DNA of 64,000 nucleotides, from the NCBI GenBank assembly GCA_963665095.1, contig OY762069.1, forward strand, positions 4,352,001 through 4,416,000, given 5' to 3'. This DNA is from an uncultured Desulfobacter sp. Its GTDB lineage: Bacteria; Desulfobacterota; Desulfobacteria; Desulfobacterales; Desulfobacteraceae. The notes under the pieces were generated by a model. It had not been told where the DNA came from. It was given only the letters and a program-made list of their open reading frames with translations, and did not search any database. Made by a program: the position numbers and the translations under genes. Shown piece by piece: positions 31,135 through 42,365 of the stretch; positions within the stretch are counted from its first letter, which is position 1, and each line of letters starts with the position of its first letter.

Positions 31135-34100
31135 TCAGGTATACAGCCATACCTTGAGCATGGATAACAGCTTATCCGTATCAATGGGTTTGGCCAGATA
31201 ATCGCTGGCCCCCGCATCAATACATTTATCCCGGTCTCCCTTCATAGCCTTGGCCGTCAAGGCAATTATCGGCAGTTCCTCATGGGTTTTGCGGATCTCT
31301 TTCATGGCCTGGTACCCGTCCATTTTAGGCATCATAATATCCATCAGAACAATATCAATCTCCTGGCGGGCCAGCACCTTTTCAACACCCTCCTCCCCAT
31401 CCCTGGCAATGATAATTTTCATGTTTTTATCTTCAAGTACAGAGGAGAGGGCAAATACATTCCTCATATCGTCATCCACCAGCAGCACTGTTTTATCTGT
31501 CAGAACGTTATTGCCTGGATGGGCCTTTTTCATCACGTTATGCTTTTCTTTAGGCAGATCCGCCTCCACCCGGTGGAGAAACAGGGCAGATTCTTCAATC
31601 AGACGCTCCGGTGAACGAACACCTTTAAGAATAATGCTGTCCGTGTATTTTCGAAGCTGTCTGTCCTCGTCCCGGGTCAGTTCCCTGCCCGTATAAATAA
31701 TTATCGGCAACTCCTTACAGAACGGCTCTTTTCTGATTCGGCCGAGCAGTTCAAACCCGGACATGTCATCCAGGCCGAGATCCAGAATCATACAGTCAAA
31801 CCGGTGTGCGGCCAGCTGCTCACAGGCACTGGCCCCGGTGGTGGCAATATCAACGTCAATGTCTTTTCCGGCAATCAGTTCGCGGATGCTTTTTGCCTGG
31901 GTTTTATCATCTTCCACTATCAGCAGCCGGCGAACGGGGCGGGTGATAATATTTTCAATTTTTTTAAAGGTCTCCTCCACCTTTTCAATGGTGACCGGCT
32001 TGGCCAGAAATCCAACGGCCCCCCGTTTCATGGCTGTCATGGAGCTGTCGTCCGCTGCTGACATGAAATGCACCGGAATATGACTAAGCTTGGGATTCTT
32101 TTTCAGACGATCCAGAACCTGCCAGCCGTCTATGCCGGGCAGTCCGATATCCAGAATAATACCGCTGGGCTTGTAAAAATCAGCAAAGTGGAGGCCGGTT
32201 TCCCCGGTTTCAGCCACCAGGCATTTAAACCCGCGCTCCCTTGCAAAATCTCTCATGATTTTGGCAGAACCGGAATCATCTTCTATAATGAGCAGGCTTT
32301 TGTCCTCAGCCGTTATCTTTTTCCTGTCATCATCCACAAAACGTTTTTCCGGGCTGATTGTGCCGGGCAGGTCCTCCAGCTTTTCGCCGGGGGCAGCCTT
32401 TGGCGCTTTCCCGGGAGAAGGAGGAGTTTTGCAATCTTCTTTATCCGAAACCTCAGGCAGGGATGAATCCATCAGACGTTCCGGTATCACCAGGGTAAAA
32501 ACAGCGCCCTTTCCCGGCTCACTGTCAAGGGTGATAAATCCGCCCAGAAGCCGGGCAAGCTGTCTGGAGATTGTCAGTCCCAGCCCGGTGCCGCCGTATT
32601 TTCTGCTGGTGCTGCCGTCAGCCTGCTGAAAGGCTTCGAAAATGGTTGCCTGTTTATCTTTCGGGATGCCAATGCCTGAGTCTTTCACTGAAAATGCCAC
32701 AGCCTGTGCCCCATCTAAGTCATGGGCCTGGCACACCCCTTGTTCGGGCCGGGCAATAGACAGGGAGACACCACCTTTTTCTGTAAACTTAAACCCGTTG
32801 GTCAAAAAATTTCTTAATATCTGCTGCAGCCTGAGATTATCAGTGAACACGGTTTCAGGGAGGTCTTTATCCACCGAGATCTCAAATCCCACACCCTTTT
32901 CCCGGGCCAGGGTTTTAAACATCCGTTCAAGATCCGCTGTCATGGCGGAAATCACCACCTCTTCAGGCATCAGCTCCACCTTGCCGGCCTCCACCTTGGA
33001 CAGATCCAGGATTTCATTGATAAGGGTCAAAAGATCCTTGCCTGAAGAGTTGATCGCCTCTGCACACTCCACCTGTTTGGCGGAGAGCCTGGCTTCTTTG
33101 TTTGCAGAGAGCATCTGGGACAGAATCAGAATACTGTTCAGCGGGGTGCGCAGTTCATGGGACATATTGGCCAGAAACTGGGATTTGTATCTGCCGGCAC
33201 GCTCAAGCTCTTCAGCTTTTGCTTCAATTGCCTGCTGGGCCTCCAGCAGGTCAATATTTTTTTTCTGAATATCTTCCTTCTGCTCTTCCAGGGCCTGGGT
33301 CTGTTCCTCAAGCTCGGCGTTGGTCTTCTGAAGGTTTTGTTCTGAATCCCTCAAGGCCGAGGTCTGCTCTTCCAGCTCTTCATTCAGCGCTTTGAGTTCT
33401 TCCTTCTGGGCCTGGAGTTTTGATTCAGACGACCGCAGCGCATCCGTCTGCGCTTCCAGGGCACTGTTTTTCTCCACCAGCTCATTTTGATGGGCCCTGG
33501 CACTTTCAAGCAGGGCATTAATGGTCTGGCGGTTCCCGGCGGCCTTCAAAAGGATGGCCATCTTTTCCATGATCTGGTCAATAAATTCTTTTTCCACGTC
33601 AGTGAACGGCTTTTGGGAACCAAGCAGAAACGCCCCGACCACCTCTTCTTCAAACACCAGGGGAACAGCCAGATATGCGGCAGCGGACTTCTCACCGGCA
33701 CCGTAACTGATCCGGGGCAGATCATCTTCTGCCTCATTAAAAATCATAATTCTGCGGTCGGCAACTGCCTGTCCCACCAGTCCCTGGCCCGGTTTAAGCG
33801 TGCTGAAACGATTGTCCCGATCCCAAAAGGCGTAAGAAGCGTATGCGTTGAAAGCCCCATTGTCATATACGTAAAATATCCCCAGTTCCGCCCCTAAATG
33901 CTCGCATACAAAAGAGATAAAATGCCGGCCCAGTTCGCGGGCATCCAGGTCCCCGCGCAGCACCTGGTCCAACCCCTCCTTTCCCTGCTTCAGCCAGTCA
34001 GCCTGACTCAGGCTGCCGGCCATGCGGTTCAGGGCGCCTGCAAGCTTTCCAAGCTCATCCCGTTGCCGGATTTTCATAATGGCGTCGTATTTTCCCTGGG

Positions 34101-35205
34101 TGATGGCCTGGGCAAAGGCCACAGCTTTGATAATAGGCCCTACAATATTTTTTGAAAGAGCAAAGGAGAACAGCCCGATCCCTGCAATAAGCAAAATGGA
34201 GATGGACAGGGTTTTCCCAACAATTATTCGAATACTGTCCTCAATCTCATATTTGTCTATCTTTGAAATCAGATACCAGTTCATCCCCTTGATATCCAGT
34301 TTGTTAAACACTGCCAGAACAGGATTGCCTAAAGAATCCGTATAAAAGCCGGAACCTCCGTTAAATCCCCGTTCAACTGCATCTTTCCAATAGCCAAGTG
34401 CCTGGTCCAGGCTGCGCCCCAAAACAGCCTCCTGCCTGTTCCGGGAACTCAGATTGCTCCTGAACTCAAACTGATCTGTGGAGACATCATAGTGAAGAAG
34501 ATAGGACTCGCCGGTTTCTCCCATGCCCGCCCGGGATTGCATGAACCCGTCGATAAAGGCATCGGTCAGCTTGATGATGACTGCAGCAATAATACGCCCC
34601 TCTTCGTCAATAACCGGTTCTCCCAGAAATGCGGTCTCCCTCTCCCGGTCCGGCTCAAAGGGGGAAAAATCTGTAACAGCCTCCTTTCCTGTCCCCACAA
34701 CGGTTTTATAAATCTGAAACAGATGGGTATCAGCCCAGGTTGATTGCCCAAGCTGCTGCCCGATAATATCTCTGTTTTCAAGAGAGTAGAGAATCCGGGC
34801 ATTTCCCCTGCCCACAATCAGGATATCCGCACATCCAAAGGCATGGGCAAACCGCTGCAGCTGATTTGTGTTTTCATGAATAAATTTTTCGTAAAGATTG
34901 TCTACCCCGCCCGAGGACGATGCCTTATTATCATGGTAAATGGCAAGATCCCGGCTGGCCGTCAATATCTGACTTGATGCCGCCAGCTGCTTGAGGTTGA
35001 GCAGCCGCTGCCTGAATACAGATTCAACATGACTGGTTCTGATTTCCTGAATGGCGGCCATCTGATCAAAGGATTTGTCCATCATGGCATCGGTGGCAAG
35101 AATAAATCCATAATACCCGGTAATAACCAGGGGCAGAATCCCGGTGAGAACAAAGCCTATAACCAGCTTTGGACGAATGGCAAGATTATTCAGTTTTGAC
35201 AGCAT
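31135..35205 (-). CDS. Hybrid sensor kinase (Cache-HAMP-GAF-HisKA-HATPase-3xREC)
   Basis: Two TMs; RDELGKLA HAMP; FLANMSHELRTPLN; GGTGLGL; three receiver domains; ATG 35205 with AGGAG RBS. Confidence 0.9.
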   Translation of the reverse strand: MLSKLNNLAIRPKLVIGFVLTGILPLVITGYYGFILATDAMMDKSFDQMAAIQEIRTSHVESVFRQRLLNLKQLAASSQILTASRDLAIYHDNKASSSGGVDNLYEKFIHENTNQLQRFAHAFGCADILIVGRGNARILYSLENRDIIGQQLGQSTWADTHLFQIYKTVVGTGKEAVTDFSPFEPDRERETAFLGEPVIDEEGRIIAAVIIKLTDAFIDGFMQSRAGMGETGESYLLHYDVSTDQFEFRSNLSSRNRQEAVLGRSLDQALGYWKDAVERGFNGGSGFYTDSLGNPVLAVFNKLDIKGMNWYLISKIDKYEIEDSIRIIVGKTLSISILLIAGIGLFSFALSKNIVGPIIKAVAFAQAITQGKYDAIMKIRQRDELGKLAGALNRMAGSLSQADWLKQGKEGLDQVLRGDLDARELGRHFISFVCEHLGAELGIFYVYDNGAFNAYASYAFWDRDNRFSTLKPGQGLVGQAVADRRIMIFNEAEDDLPRISYGAGEKSAAAYLAVPLVFEEEVVGAFLLGSQKPFTDVEKEFIDQIMEKMAILLKAAGNRQTINALLESARAHQNELVEKNSALEAQTDALRSSESKLQAQKEELKALNEELEEQTSALRDSEQNLQKTNAELEEQTQALEEQKEDIQKKNIDLLEAQQAIEAKAEELERAGRYKSQFLANMSHELRTPLNSILILSQMLSANKEARLSAKQVECAEAINSSGKDLLTLINEILDLSKVEAGKVELMPEEVVISAMTADLERMFKTLAREKGVGFEISVDKDLPETVFTDNLRLQQILRNFLTNGFKFTEKGGVSLSIARPEQGVCQAHDLDGAQAVAFSVKDSGIGIPKDKQATIFEAFQQADGSTSRKYGGTGLGLTISRQLARLLGGFITLDSEPGKGAVFTLVIPERLMDSSLPEVSDKEDCKTPPSPGKAPKAAPGEKLEDLPGTISPEKRFVDDDRKKITAEDKSLLIIEDDSGSAKIMRDFARERGFKCLVAETGETGLHFADFYKPSGIILDIGLPGIDGWQVLDRLKKNPKLSHIPVHFMSAADDSSMTAMKRGAVGFLAKPVTIEKVEETFKKIENIITRPVRRLLIVEDDKTQAKSIRELIAGKDIDVDIATTGASACEQLAAHRFDCMILDLGLDDMSGFELLGRIRKEPFCKELPIIIYTGRELTRDEDRQLRKYTDSIILKGVRSPERLIEESALFLHRVEADLPKEKHNVMKKAHPGNNVLTDKTVLLVDDDMRNVFALSSVLEDKNMKIIIARDGEEGVEKVLARQEIDIVLMDIMMPKMDGYQAMKEIRKTHEELPIIALTAKAMKGDRDKCIDAGASDYLAKPIDTDKLLSMLKVWLYT

Positions 35206-35417
35206 GAACAGCTCCTTTTCAGAGTTCAATTTGCGCACCGACGAAGATCACAACATTACCTTTGGCTGGAACATATCACAATATTTTCCGTTAATTCAAT
35301 GATGACGGGCAGGCTTTTAATTAAAAAATTCCTGGTGTGGATTGCGAAATAAAATGATTTGTCAGACAGGTAGTCCCAAACGCCGGGGTAACGTTATGAT
35401 AACTGCGGATAAAATAT

Positions 35418-37574
35418 CTATAGGTTCTTTGATGGAGACCCGTTTTGCAACCTGTTGGCAAAATCGGAAAACTCCAGAGAGGTCATGGGTCTGGCATACA
35501 AAAATCCCTGGCACAGGGTGCTGCGCTCTGATTCGAGGAACTGGTGCTGATCTTCATTTTCAACCCCTTCGGCAATAACGTCGAGCCCAAGGGTTTCGCC
35601 CAGCTTTAAAATGGCACGGGCAATGGCGGCATCATTACAGTCTGTGGCAAGATCCCGGATAAAGGAGCGGTCCAGTTTCAGTTTGGTGACCGGCAGGTAT
35701 TTCAGATAGGCCAGGGATGAATACCCGGTGCCAAAATCGTCGATGGCAATGCCAAACCCCATATCCCGAAGCTCTTTAAGCTGGTTTACCGCCCTCCGGC
35801 TCTCCTCGATGACAAAACTTTCTGTCAGTTCCAGAGTGATCCGCTCTGCCGGACATCCTGTGACTTCAAGGATATGCTTTGCCGCCTCGACAAATTCACC
35901 CTGCACGATCTGCTTGCCCGACACATTAACGGAGATAAAGGTCAGTTTGCTGCCGGAATCAAGCCACGCTTTCATCTGTTTGCAGGCCGTATACAGCACC
36001 CATTCCCCCAGGGTGTGAATCAAATCGTTTTCCTCGGCAATGGGTATAAATTTTTCAGGTGGTACAAACCCTTTTTCCTTATGCTGCCAGCGGACCAGGG
36101 CCTCTGCACCGATGCACTGACGGGTTCCGGTATGAACCACCGGCTGGTAATACAGTTCCAGCCCTTCCTGCTCTATGGACTGCCGGAGGTCTGACTGGAG
36201 CGCCATGCGCTCCTGAACCGATCTGGACATCTCCTCCTTGTAAAACCGAAACTGGTTGCGGCCGAACTCCTTGGATCGGTACATGGCCACGTCTGCATTT
36301 TTAACCAGGGTATCAACATCTGTTCCATCCCCCGGGTACAGAGCAATGCCTACACTGGCAGATAAATACATACCTTTTTCACCCACCTTGACCGGCTCAG
36401 CCAGCACCCCTACGATTTTCTGTGCGGCGGTTTTCACAGAATGAACTGTGTTCATATTTTCCAGCAGAAGCATGAATTCGTCACCACCCAGCCGGGAGAG
36501 GGTATCACTCTTCCTGACACACCTTTTCAGTTTTTTCGCCACCTCGCACAGGAGTTCATCTCCCACCGGGTGGCCATAGGAGTCATTGACCTGTTTAAAA
36601 TTGTCCAGATCAACGAACAGTACCGCTATAATCGTGTTCTGACGTTCGGCAATTTTTATCGCGTGGGAGAGCCGTTCCCTGAACATGGATCTGTTGGGCA
36701 GCCCGGTGAGCATATCATAATGGGCCAGATAATTGATCCGGTCCTGGGATTTCTTCTGGTCAGTGAGGTCATACAGAATGGCAATATACCGTTCTATTTC
36801 CCCCTTATCATTGTAAAGACAGCTGATGCTGAGCCATACCGGAATAATTCCTCCGTCTTTATGGCGCTCCCAGATTTCACCCTGCCACCGGCCGGTGGTA
36901 TCTATGGCCTGCCAGAGCTGCTCATAAAATGCCGTATCATGATGACCGGCTCTGAACATGTGCCCGCCTTTTCCGACAACATCCTCACTGGTGTATCCCA
37001 GGATCTTTTCAAAGGCCTGGTTCGCTTTCAGGATGGTCTTATCCGGTGACATAATAAGAATCCCGTCCTGGGAATTCGCAAACATGCTGCTGGCCAGCCG
37101 AAAATCTTCTTCATCCGTCTTCCACCCGGAGAGATCCCGAATATGAAATAGATAATAGTGCGGGGTGTTGTCGGCCAGATCCCTGACCAATGTTATGATA
37201 TTCTCCACCCAGACGGCGTTATTGTTATTTTTGACGTAACGAATTTCCACAGTGACGGTGTCAGGCTCCCCTTTTTTCAATTGGTCCAGACTATTATTCA
37301 AGATATCCAGATCATCGGGAAAAATGATCGATCCCAGCGGGCTGGACAGAAGCGCGTCTCTTGAATGCCCTGTAATTCCCAAAAAGGTGCGATTCACTTC
37401 CAGCCACCTGCCGTCTGTTGACACCAGAGCGTTCCCAATGGCCCCATTGGACATGGTTCTCTGACGTCCGCCGTTGCTCTCTTTTTGCCCGGTTAAAGCG
37501 TCAGGTCCGTCTGCGCGGCCGGCATCACTTTTGTCGTTTTGTTCCATCTTTTCAGAAGACATAGGTATGGCCAT
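35418..37574 (-). CDS. PAS-PAS-GGDEF-EAL c-di-GMP enzyme
   Basis: RLGGDEF with RxxD-like RKSD; EALVRW; DDFGTGYSSL; AEGVE. Confidence 0.93.
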   Translation of the reverse strand: MAIPMSSEKMEQNDKSDAGRADGPDALTGQKESNGGRQRTMSNGAIGNALVSTDGRWLEVNRTFLGITGHSRDALLSSPLGSIIFPDDLDILNNSLDQLKKGEPDTVTVEIRYVKNNNNAVWVENIITLVRDLADNTPHYYLFHIRDLSGWKTDEEDFRLASSMFANSQDGILIMSPDKTILKANQAFEKILGYTSEDVVGKGGHMFRAGHHDTAFYEQLWQAIDTTGRWQGEIWERHKDGGIIPVWLSISCLYNDKGEIERYIAILYDLTDQKKSQDRINYLAHYDMLTGLPNRSMFRERLSHAIKIAERQNTIIAVLFVDLDNFKQVNDSYGHPVGDELLCEVAKKLKRCVRKSDTLSRLGGDEFMLLLENMNTVHSVKTAAQKIVGVLAEPVKVGEKGMYLSASVGIALYPGDGTDVDTLVKNADVAMYRSKEFGRNQFRFYKEEMSRSVQERMALQSDLRQSIEQEGLELYYQPVVHTGTRQCIGAEALVRWQHKEKGFVPPEKFIPIAEENDLIHTLGEWVLYTACKQMKAWLDSGSKLTFISVNVSGKQIVQGEFVEAAKHILEVTGCPAERITLELTESFVIEESRRAVNQLKELRDMGFGIAIDDFGTGYSSLAYLKYLPVTKLKLDRSFIRDLATDCNDAAIARAILKLGETLGLDVIAEGVENEDQHQFLESERSTLCQGFLYARPMTSLEFSDFANRLQNGSPSKNL

Positions 37575-37925
37575 TTTAGGAAGGGTTAATTTTTGGGACG
37601 ACTGTGGGAATCAACCTGACAGAACACAACATAAATAAAGCATTAGAATACAAACCTGTTCTTCTGCCGCCACACTGTCCGGAAAAAATTCACTTAAAAT
37701 TTTAACCGGCAAACACAGAAATACATTTAAACTATTTACAATTAGAGATGAAAAACCGCTGCTTTGTCAACTAAAATTATCACATGCCATAGATTTGAAC
37801 TTGATTGATCTTTTCTTTCCCCAATTTAAAAAAACCTTTCTTAGGAGGTGGCCACCCGGGAAGATCTAACTTAAAACTTAGATTACAAATATAACTCATC
37901 ATGATAGAGTGTACAGATAAGTAAT

Positions 37926-38081
37926 TAGTGCCTGAACAAAAAACCCGTGTTTGGTGTTTGGACGCAAAGTTGCCCAGATGCAAGGCGCAAGCAAAGCTGC
38001 AACCGGAGCGTACTTCAGTACGTGAGGATTGCAGCTTTGTGCAGCAACGCCGCAGATGGGTGACTTTGCGTTCAAACACTA
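37926..38081. repeat. Structured dispersed repeat/MITE, copy D
   Basis: TAGTGCCTGAACAAAA...CTTTGCGTTCAAACACTA; near reverse complement of copy A; 40 nt upstream of the dikinase start. Confidence 0.9.
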
Positions 38082-38121
38082 ATTAAACCGCTTCAAATCA
38101 TTAAGAGAGGATCTGTTTTAA

Positions 38122-41100
38122 GTGAAATCCAAAGCCCTTGAAGTCAACCTTTCCGATACTCGGGCAGACGTTGCCATTGATGAACGGTACCAGCTGCTTG
38201 TCTCCTTTTTTAAAGGGTATGTAGGTATTGTCAACCGGCTGGAAACCTTTCTAAAGGAGCTGTCCCACCCCTACCGGAACTGGGGATTTATTGTCAGTGA
38301 AGCCCGGCACTTCTCCCTGCACTATTTTCACCTGTACAGCACCGAAACAGACGGGCGCCGTGCCCTGGAACTGTTCTGCGATATTTTTACCGCAGCGTTT
38401 GAATCTGTGAATGACCCTGAAATTAAGACCAATGCGGCAGATAACCTCATGCTGGTTTTGCATACCATTGCAAAGGCCGGAGAAGACGGTTTAACTGTGT
38501 TTAAACCGACAATGATCAAGGAGGTAGAAAGGATCTGCCGGTTTGAGGATCCTGATTTTTTCTATTTTGTCTGCGCCTATTACCAGCCCGACAGCCTGGT
38601 AAAACAGATGGCGGCAAAAGAAGTTTCTCTGACAGATAAAGAACTGCTGCCCTGCCTGAACACCTTTTTAATTCGCTATTTTGACACCTCTTTCTCCTTC
38701 TGGCTTGCCCAGGACGATCCGTTAGCGTGGATGAAAGATAATATCAATGACTGGCGCTTAAGTTCAGACATGCTGGCACTTTTAGACCAGGTTTCCCACA
38801 CCCGGATCAGTAACCAGCAGCAACAGCTGGAACAGATCAGGGCCCTGCCGGATGACGCAAAAAAAACCACTGCCCTGACAGCGCTTACCGGTCACAGGGA
38901 GTTTATTAAAAAATTCAGAGATATGCCCCGGCAGATTCTCAATCTGGCCCGGAAACAGACCTCAGGGAAGTTTTTTAAACTGACTTTTCTGTTTTACATT
39001 ATCCATGCTCCGGGACTCTCCATTATCCACAGGGAAGCGCTGGGGGATATCCACCGGACACTGATCACGCTGATCGGTGAACAGGATTATAAAAAAGATA
39101 TGGCCATTGTGGACCAGACCTTTGCCCTTCTCAAGGAGCATAAGGGACGGTATCCGGCCACCGTACTGGAAGTGATCCATAAAATCGGGGATGCTGTTTA
39201 CAATACCGATGAAATTGAATCCATCAACCACTTCATTGACCGGTCCGTGGACCATGGTTTCCAGTTTCCCGATATCCGGGGGACAGGAGAGGACTGGCAG
39301 ATCAAGTGCAATGTGGCCCATGTCAAAAATATCCGGGTCTTTCTCACCCTGGTGGGCAGGCACCCCAAAAAGTCCAAGCGCCTGCTCTCCGCTCTGATAA
39401 CCTCCCTTGCCGTGGGGGGCGTGTTCATCCGGGATACGGACCTGTTTCCACGGGATATTACCCGGTTCTTAAATGCAGATATTGCCCCGGTATATAACCT
39501 GGTTAAACAGCTGGCACGCCTTCTGCCGGCATTCTTTAATGAAATCGGCGCAGAAGGTGAGCTCAGGGATATTTCCACCCGGCTGGATGAGTCTGTATTC
39601 CGCCGGGACAAGCTGATCCATTTTCTTCGCAAGCAGTGCCATGTGGAAAGTTCCTCCAGGATTGTCGAATTTATCCGGGAGGTAATGATGTTCTGGAAAA
39701 CCCTGGATAAATCACCCCTTAAGCCGTACCTGCCGCCGTCAATTTATAATGCCACAGAAACCCGCGGCCGTTACATTGACGGCCCTCATGCTGTTTTCCA
39801 GGCCCTGGCCTACCGCAAGCTCGAAACCCCGGCAGATTTCCTGGCTGCATCCAGAGCAGACATCGACCAGATCATTGACAAGGTGGACAGTGCAGACGAC
39901 CTTGACAAGGAAAGGGCAAAACTGATCATCCGCTTCCACGCGCTTCTCAACGAGAAATACGGCATCGACAACCTGGATCTTGGCACCTATATCAAAGCCC
40001 ATATGGGCCAGGGCCTGCCCGACCCCAAAGATGTTATCCATGCCCTGGCAGAACCGGAGCTGGAAACCCGCATCGGAGGCCTTCTGGCCTATATGAACGA
40101 ACTCAAACAGATTATTTTATCCAAAGAGCAGTTTATGGTAAATGAATCCATCTACCACAAACGCCATATTGCCGTGGATATTCCATCCATGTACGGGTCT
40201 TACAGTGAGGCCAAATTTGATGCGCTAGGCATGACCTTAAGAATTGAAAGCGTGGTTAACGTCATGTTTGAAGACCTGATCAACAGCATTGACCTGCGGC
40301 TGATCACCAAGCCCACCTTTGTAAGGATCTTCTCCATATTAAAGCTGTTCCGCCAGGCCCTTGCCCTGGACGGCATTGTGTCCAACAAGCTGGATATCCA
40401 GATGGACTTTTTAAAATACGCCATCAACATCACCACCTGCTCCTTTACCCAGTATCTGGACATATTCAAGGGCTTTACAAGGGCTGTGGCAGACGCGGTG
40501 AACGATCACTTCAACAACCTGCACTCTTTAAACCTTGTCAACCTGGACAGCCGCATCGGCAGGGAAAATATCCTCGAAAAATTCCTGCCTGACGGATACA
40601 ATCCGGCAAAAACAGCCGCAGCCAATACCCCCGCATCCCGGAAAATGGCAAAAAAAATGGACCAGCGGGTGGCGGATATTTTTTTCAGGGACCGCATTGT
40701 CACATCCCTGGGACTTCAGCAGCTGGATGTATTCTTACATAAAATTTTGAATACACTGTTCCGCCAGTCCGAACGCCTCAGCCAGGATGAATTGTCCGCA
40801 CTTCTTAACTACGACCCCAAGGCAGCCGTCTCCACCATTGACGCCAGAGAGCTGTTCAGCCACAACATCATTTACCTGGGCAACAAGGGCTTGAACCTGA
40901 TCAAGCTCAAACAGATGGGAATCAAGGTGCCCAACGGGTTTATCATCACCACCGAGGTATTTAAATGTCTGGACCTCATTGACTCGTATATTCCGGCATC
41001 CGTGAACTTCCGCCAGCTTGTCTCCCATATGATTGAACAGCTTGAAGCAGTGGAAGGCGCCAAATTCGGCGATCCTGAGAATCCGCTGCTGCTGTCGGTA

Positions 41101-42351
41101 CGATCAGGCTCGTCCATCTCCCAGCCTGGTATGCTGGACTCTTTTTTAAATGTGGGCATCAACGAACAGATTGCCGCACGCATGGCCGAGACCAGCGGCA
41201 ACCCCTGGTTTGCCTGGGATTCCTACCGCAGGTTCATTCAGGCCTACGGCATGGTATTCGGTATCCAGAGAGACCGGTTTGACGCAATTATCAAGTCGTT
41301 CAAGGACAGGGCTGACATCCGGTTCAAGCGGTATTTTACAGGCGATCAGATGCGGGATGTGGCCATGGCCTACAAACAGCTGCTGGTGGATGAAGGCATT
41401 GAACTGATTGAAAATCCCATGGATCAGCTATTTTTATCCATTAAAAAAGTGTTTGCATCCTGGAACTCAAAACGGGCCATAAACTACAGAAAGATCATGG
41501 GAATCTCCCATGACTGGGGCACGGCAGTCACGGTGCAGGCCATGGTATTCGGAAACCGCTGCCGGGAATCCGGATCCGGAGTTATCTTCACCCACAGCCC
41601 CAAACTGCCCGGAGACACCATCCGGCTCTGGGGAGATTTTACCATTGGCAATCAGGGGGAAGATGTGGTATCGGGTTTGGTAAAAACCCTGCCCATTTCA
41701 GAACTTCAACGGGAACTGGAAGGCAGGGATGTAAAAATCAGCCTGGAAGAACGGTTTCCACAAGTGTATGAACAGTTGAAAACCATTGTCCAGCAGCTGA
41801 TCTACGATGGAGGCTGGAATCCCCAGGAGATGGAATTTACCTTCCAGGGACAGGCCCCCGAAGATGTATTTATTCTTCAGGCAAGAGATCTGTCTTTACG
41901 AGACAGAAAAAAAATCAAGCGGTTTGACGCTGCCCCCGACAGACTTGAAAAGGCCTGCCTGGGCCAGGGCATAGGGGTTTCCGGCGGCGCCATGAGCGGC
42001 AGAATCGTGTTCACCCTGGAAGAGATCGACGGATTCAGGCGACAGGATCCTGACGCCAAGCTTATCCTGCTTCGAAATGATACAGTGCCTGACGACATTC
42101 TCGAGATTGATGCGGCTGACGGTATTTTAACGGCCCGGGGAGGGCTTACTTCCCATGCGGCTGTGGTGGCATACAATCTTGATAAAACCTGTGTGGTCGG
42201 GTGCAAAAATCTGATCTGCAACGAAGAGGCAGGGATTTGCGAACTAAACGATGTAACAATGAACACAGGGGATTTCATCAGCATTGACGGACACAAAGGT
42301 CTTGTCTATCAGGGGCAGATGAAAATCAGTGACCATTTAACCTCAATTTGA
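38122..42351 (+). CDS. PPDK-like protein: ~900-aa N-terminal domain, ATP-grasp and phospho-His domain; no PEP/pyruvate TIM barrel
   Basis: LGNKG.NL, PLLLSVRSG, QAMVFGN, QGEDVVSG and GGLTSHAAVVA; protein ends right after ISIDGHKGLVYQG. Confidence 0.88.
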   Translation: MKSKALEVNLSDTRADVAIDERYQLLVSFFKGYVGIVNRLETFLKELSHPYRNWGFIVSEARHFSLHYFHLYSTETDGRRALELFCDIFTAAFESVNDPEIKTNAADNLMLVLHTIAKAGEDGLTVFKPTMIKEVERICRFEDPDFFYFVCAYYQPDSLVKQMAAKEVSLTDKELLPCLNTFLIRYFDTSFSFWLAQDDPLAWMKDNINDWRLSSDMLALLDQVSHTRISNQQQQLEQIRALPDDAKKTTALTALTGHREFIKKFRDMPRQILNLARKQTSGKFFKLTFLFYIIHAPGLSIIHREALGDIHRTLITLIGEQDYKKDMAIVDQTFALLKEHKGRYPATVLEVIHKIGDAVYNTDEIESINHFIDRSVDHGFQFPDIRGTGEDWQIKCNVAHVKNIRVFLTLVGRHPKKSKRLLSALITSLAVGGVFIRDTDLFPRDITRFLNADIAPVYNLVKQLARLLPAFFNEIGAEGELRDISTRLDESVFRRDKLIHFLRKQCHVESSSRIVEFIREVMMFWKTLDKSPLKPYLPPSIYNATETRGRYIDGPHAVFQALAYRKLETPADFLAASRADIDQIIDKVDSADDLDKERAKLIIRFHALLNEKYGIDNLDLGTYIKAHMGQGLPDPKDVIHALAEPELETRIGGLLAYMNELKQIILSKEQFMVNESIYHKRHIAVDIPSMYGSYSEAKFDALGMTLRIESVVNVMFEDLINSIDLRLITKPTFVRIFSILKLFRQALALDGIVSNKLDIQMDFLKYAINITTCSFTQYLDIFKGFTRAVADAVNDHFNNLHSLNLVNLDSRIGRENILEKFLPDGYNPAKTAAANTPASRKMAKKMDQRVADIFFRDRIVTSLGLQQLDVFLHKILNTLFRQSERLSQDELSALLNYDPKAAVSTIDARELFSHNIIYLGNKGLNLIKLKQMGIKVPNGFIITTEVFKCLDLIDSYIPASVNFRQLVSHMIEQLEAVEGAKFGDPENPLLLSVRSGSSISQPGMLDSFLNVGINEQIAARMAETSGNPWFAWDSYRRFIQAYGMVFGIQRDRFDAIIKSFKDRADIRFKRYFTGDQMRDVAMAYKQLLVDEGIELIENPMDQLFLSIKKVFASWNSKRAINYRKIMGISHDWGTAVTVQAMVFGNRCRESGSGVIFTHSPKLPGDTIRLWGDFTIGNQGEDVVSGLVKTLPISELQRELEGRDVKISLEERFPQVYEQLKTIVQQLIYDGGWNPQEMEFTFQGQAPEDVFILQARDLSLRDRKKIKRFDAAPDRLEKACLGQGIGVSGGAMSGRIVFTLEEIDGFRRQDPDAKLILLRNDTVPDDILEIDAADGILTARGGLTSHAAVVAYNLDKTCVVGCKNLICNEEAGICELNDVTMNTGDFISIDGHKGLVYQGQMKISDHLTSI

Positions 42352-42365
42352 AAGAAGGCAAAGAT

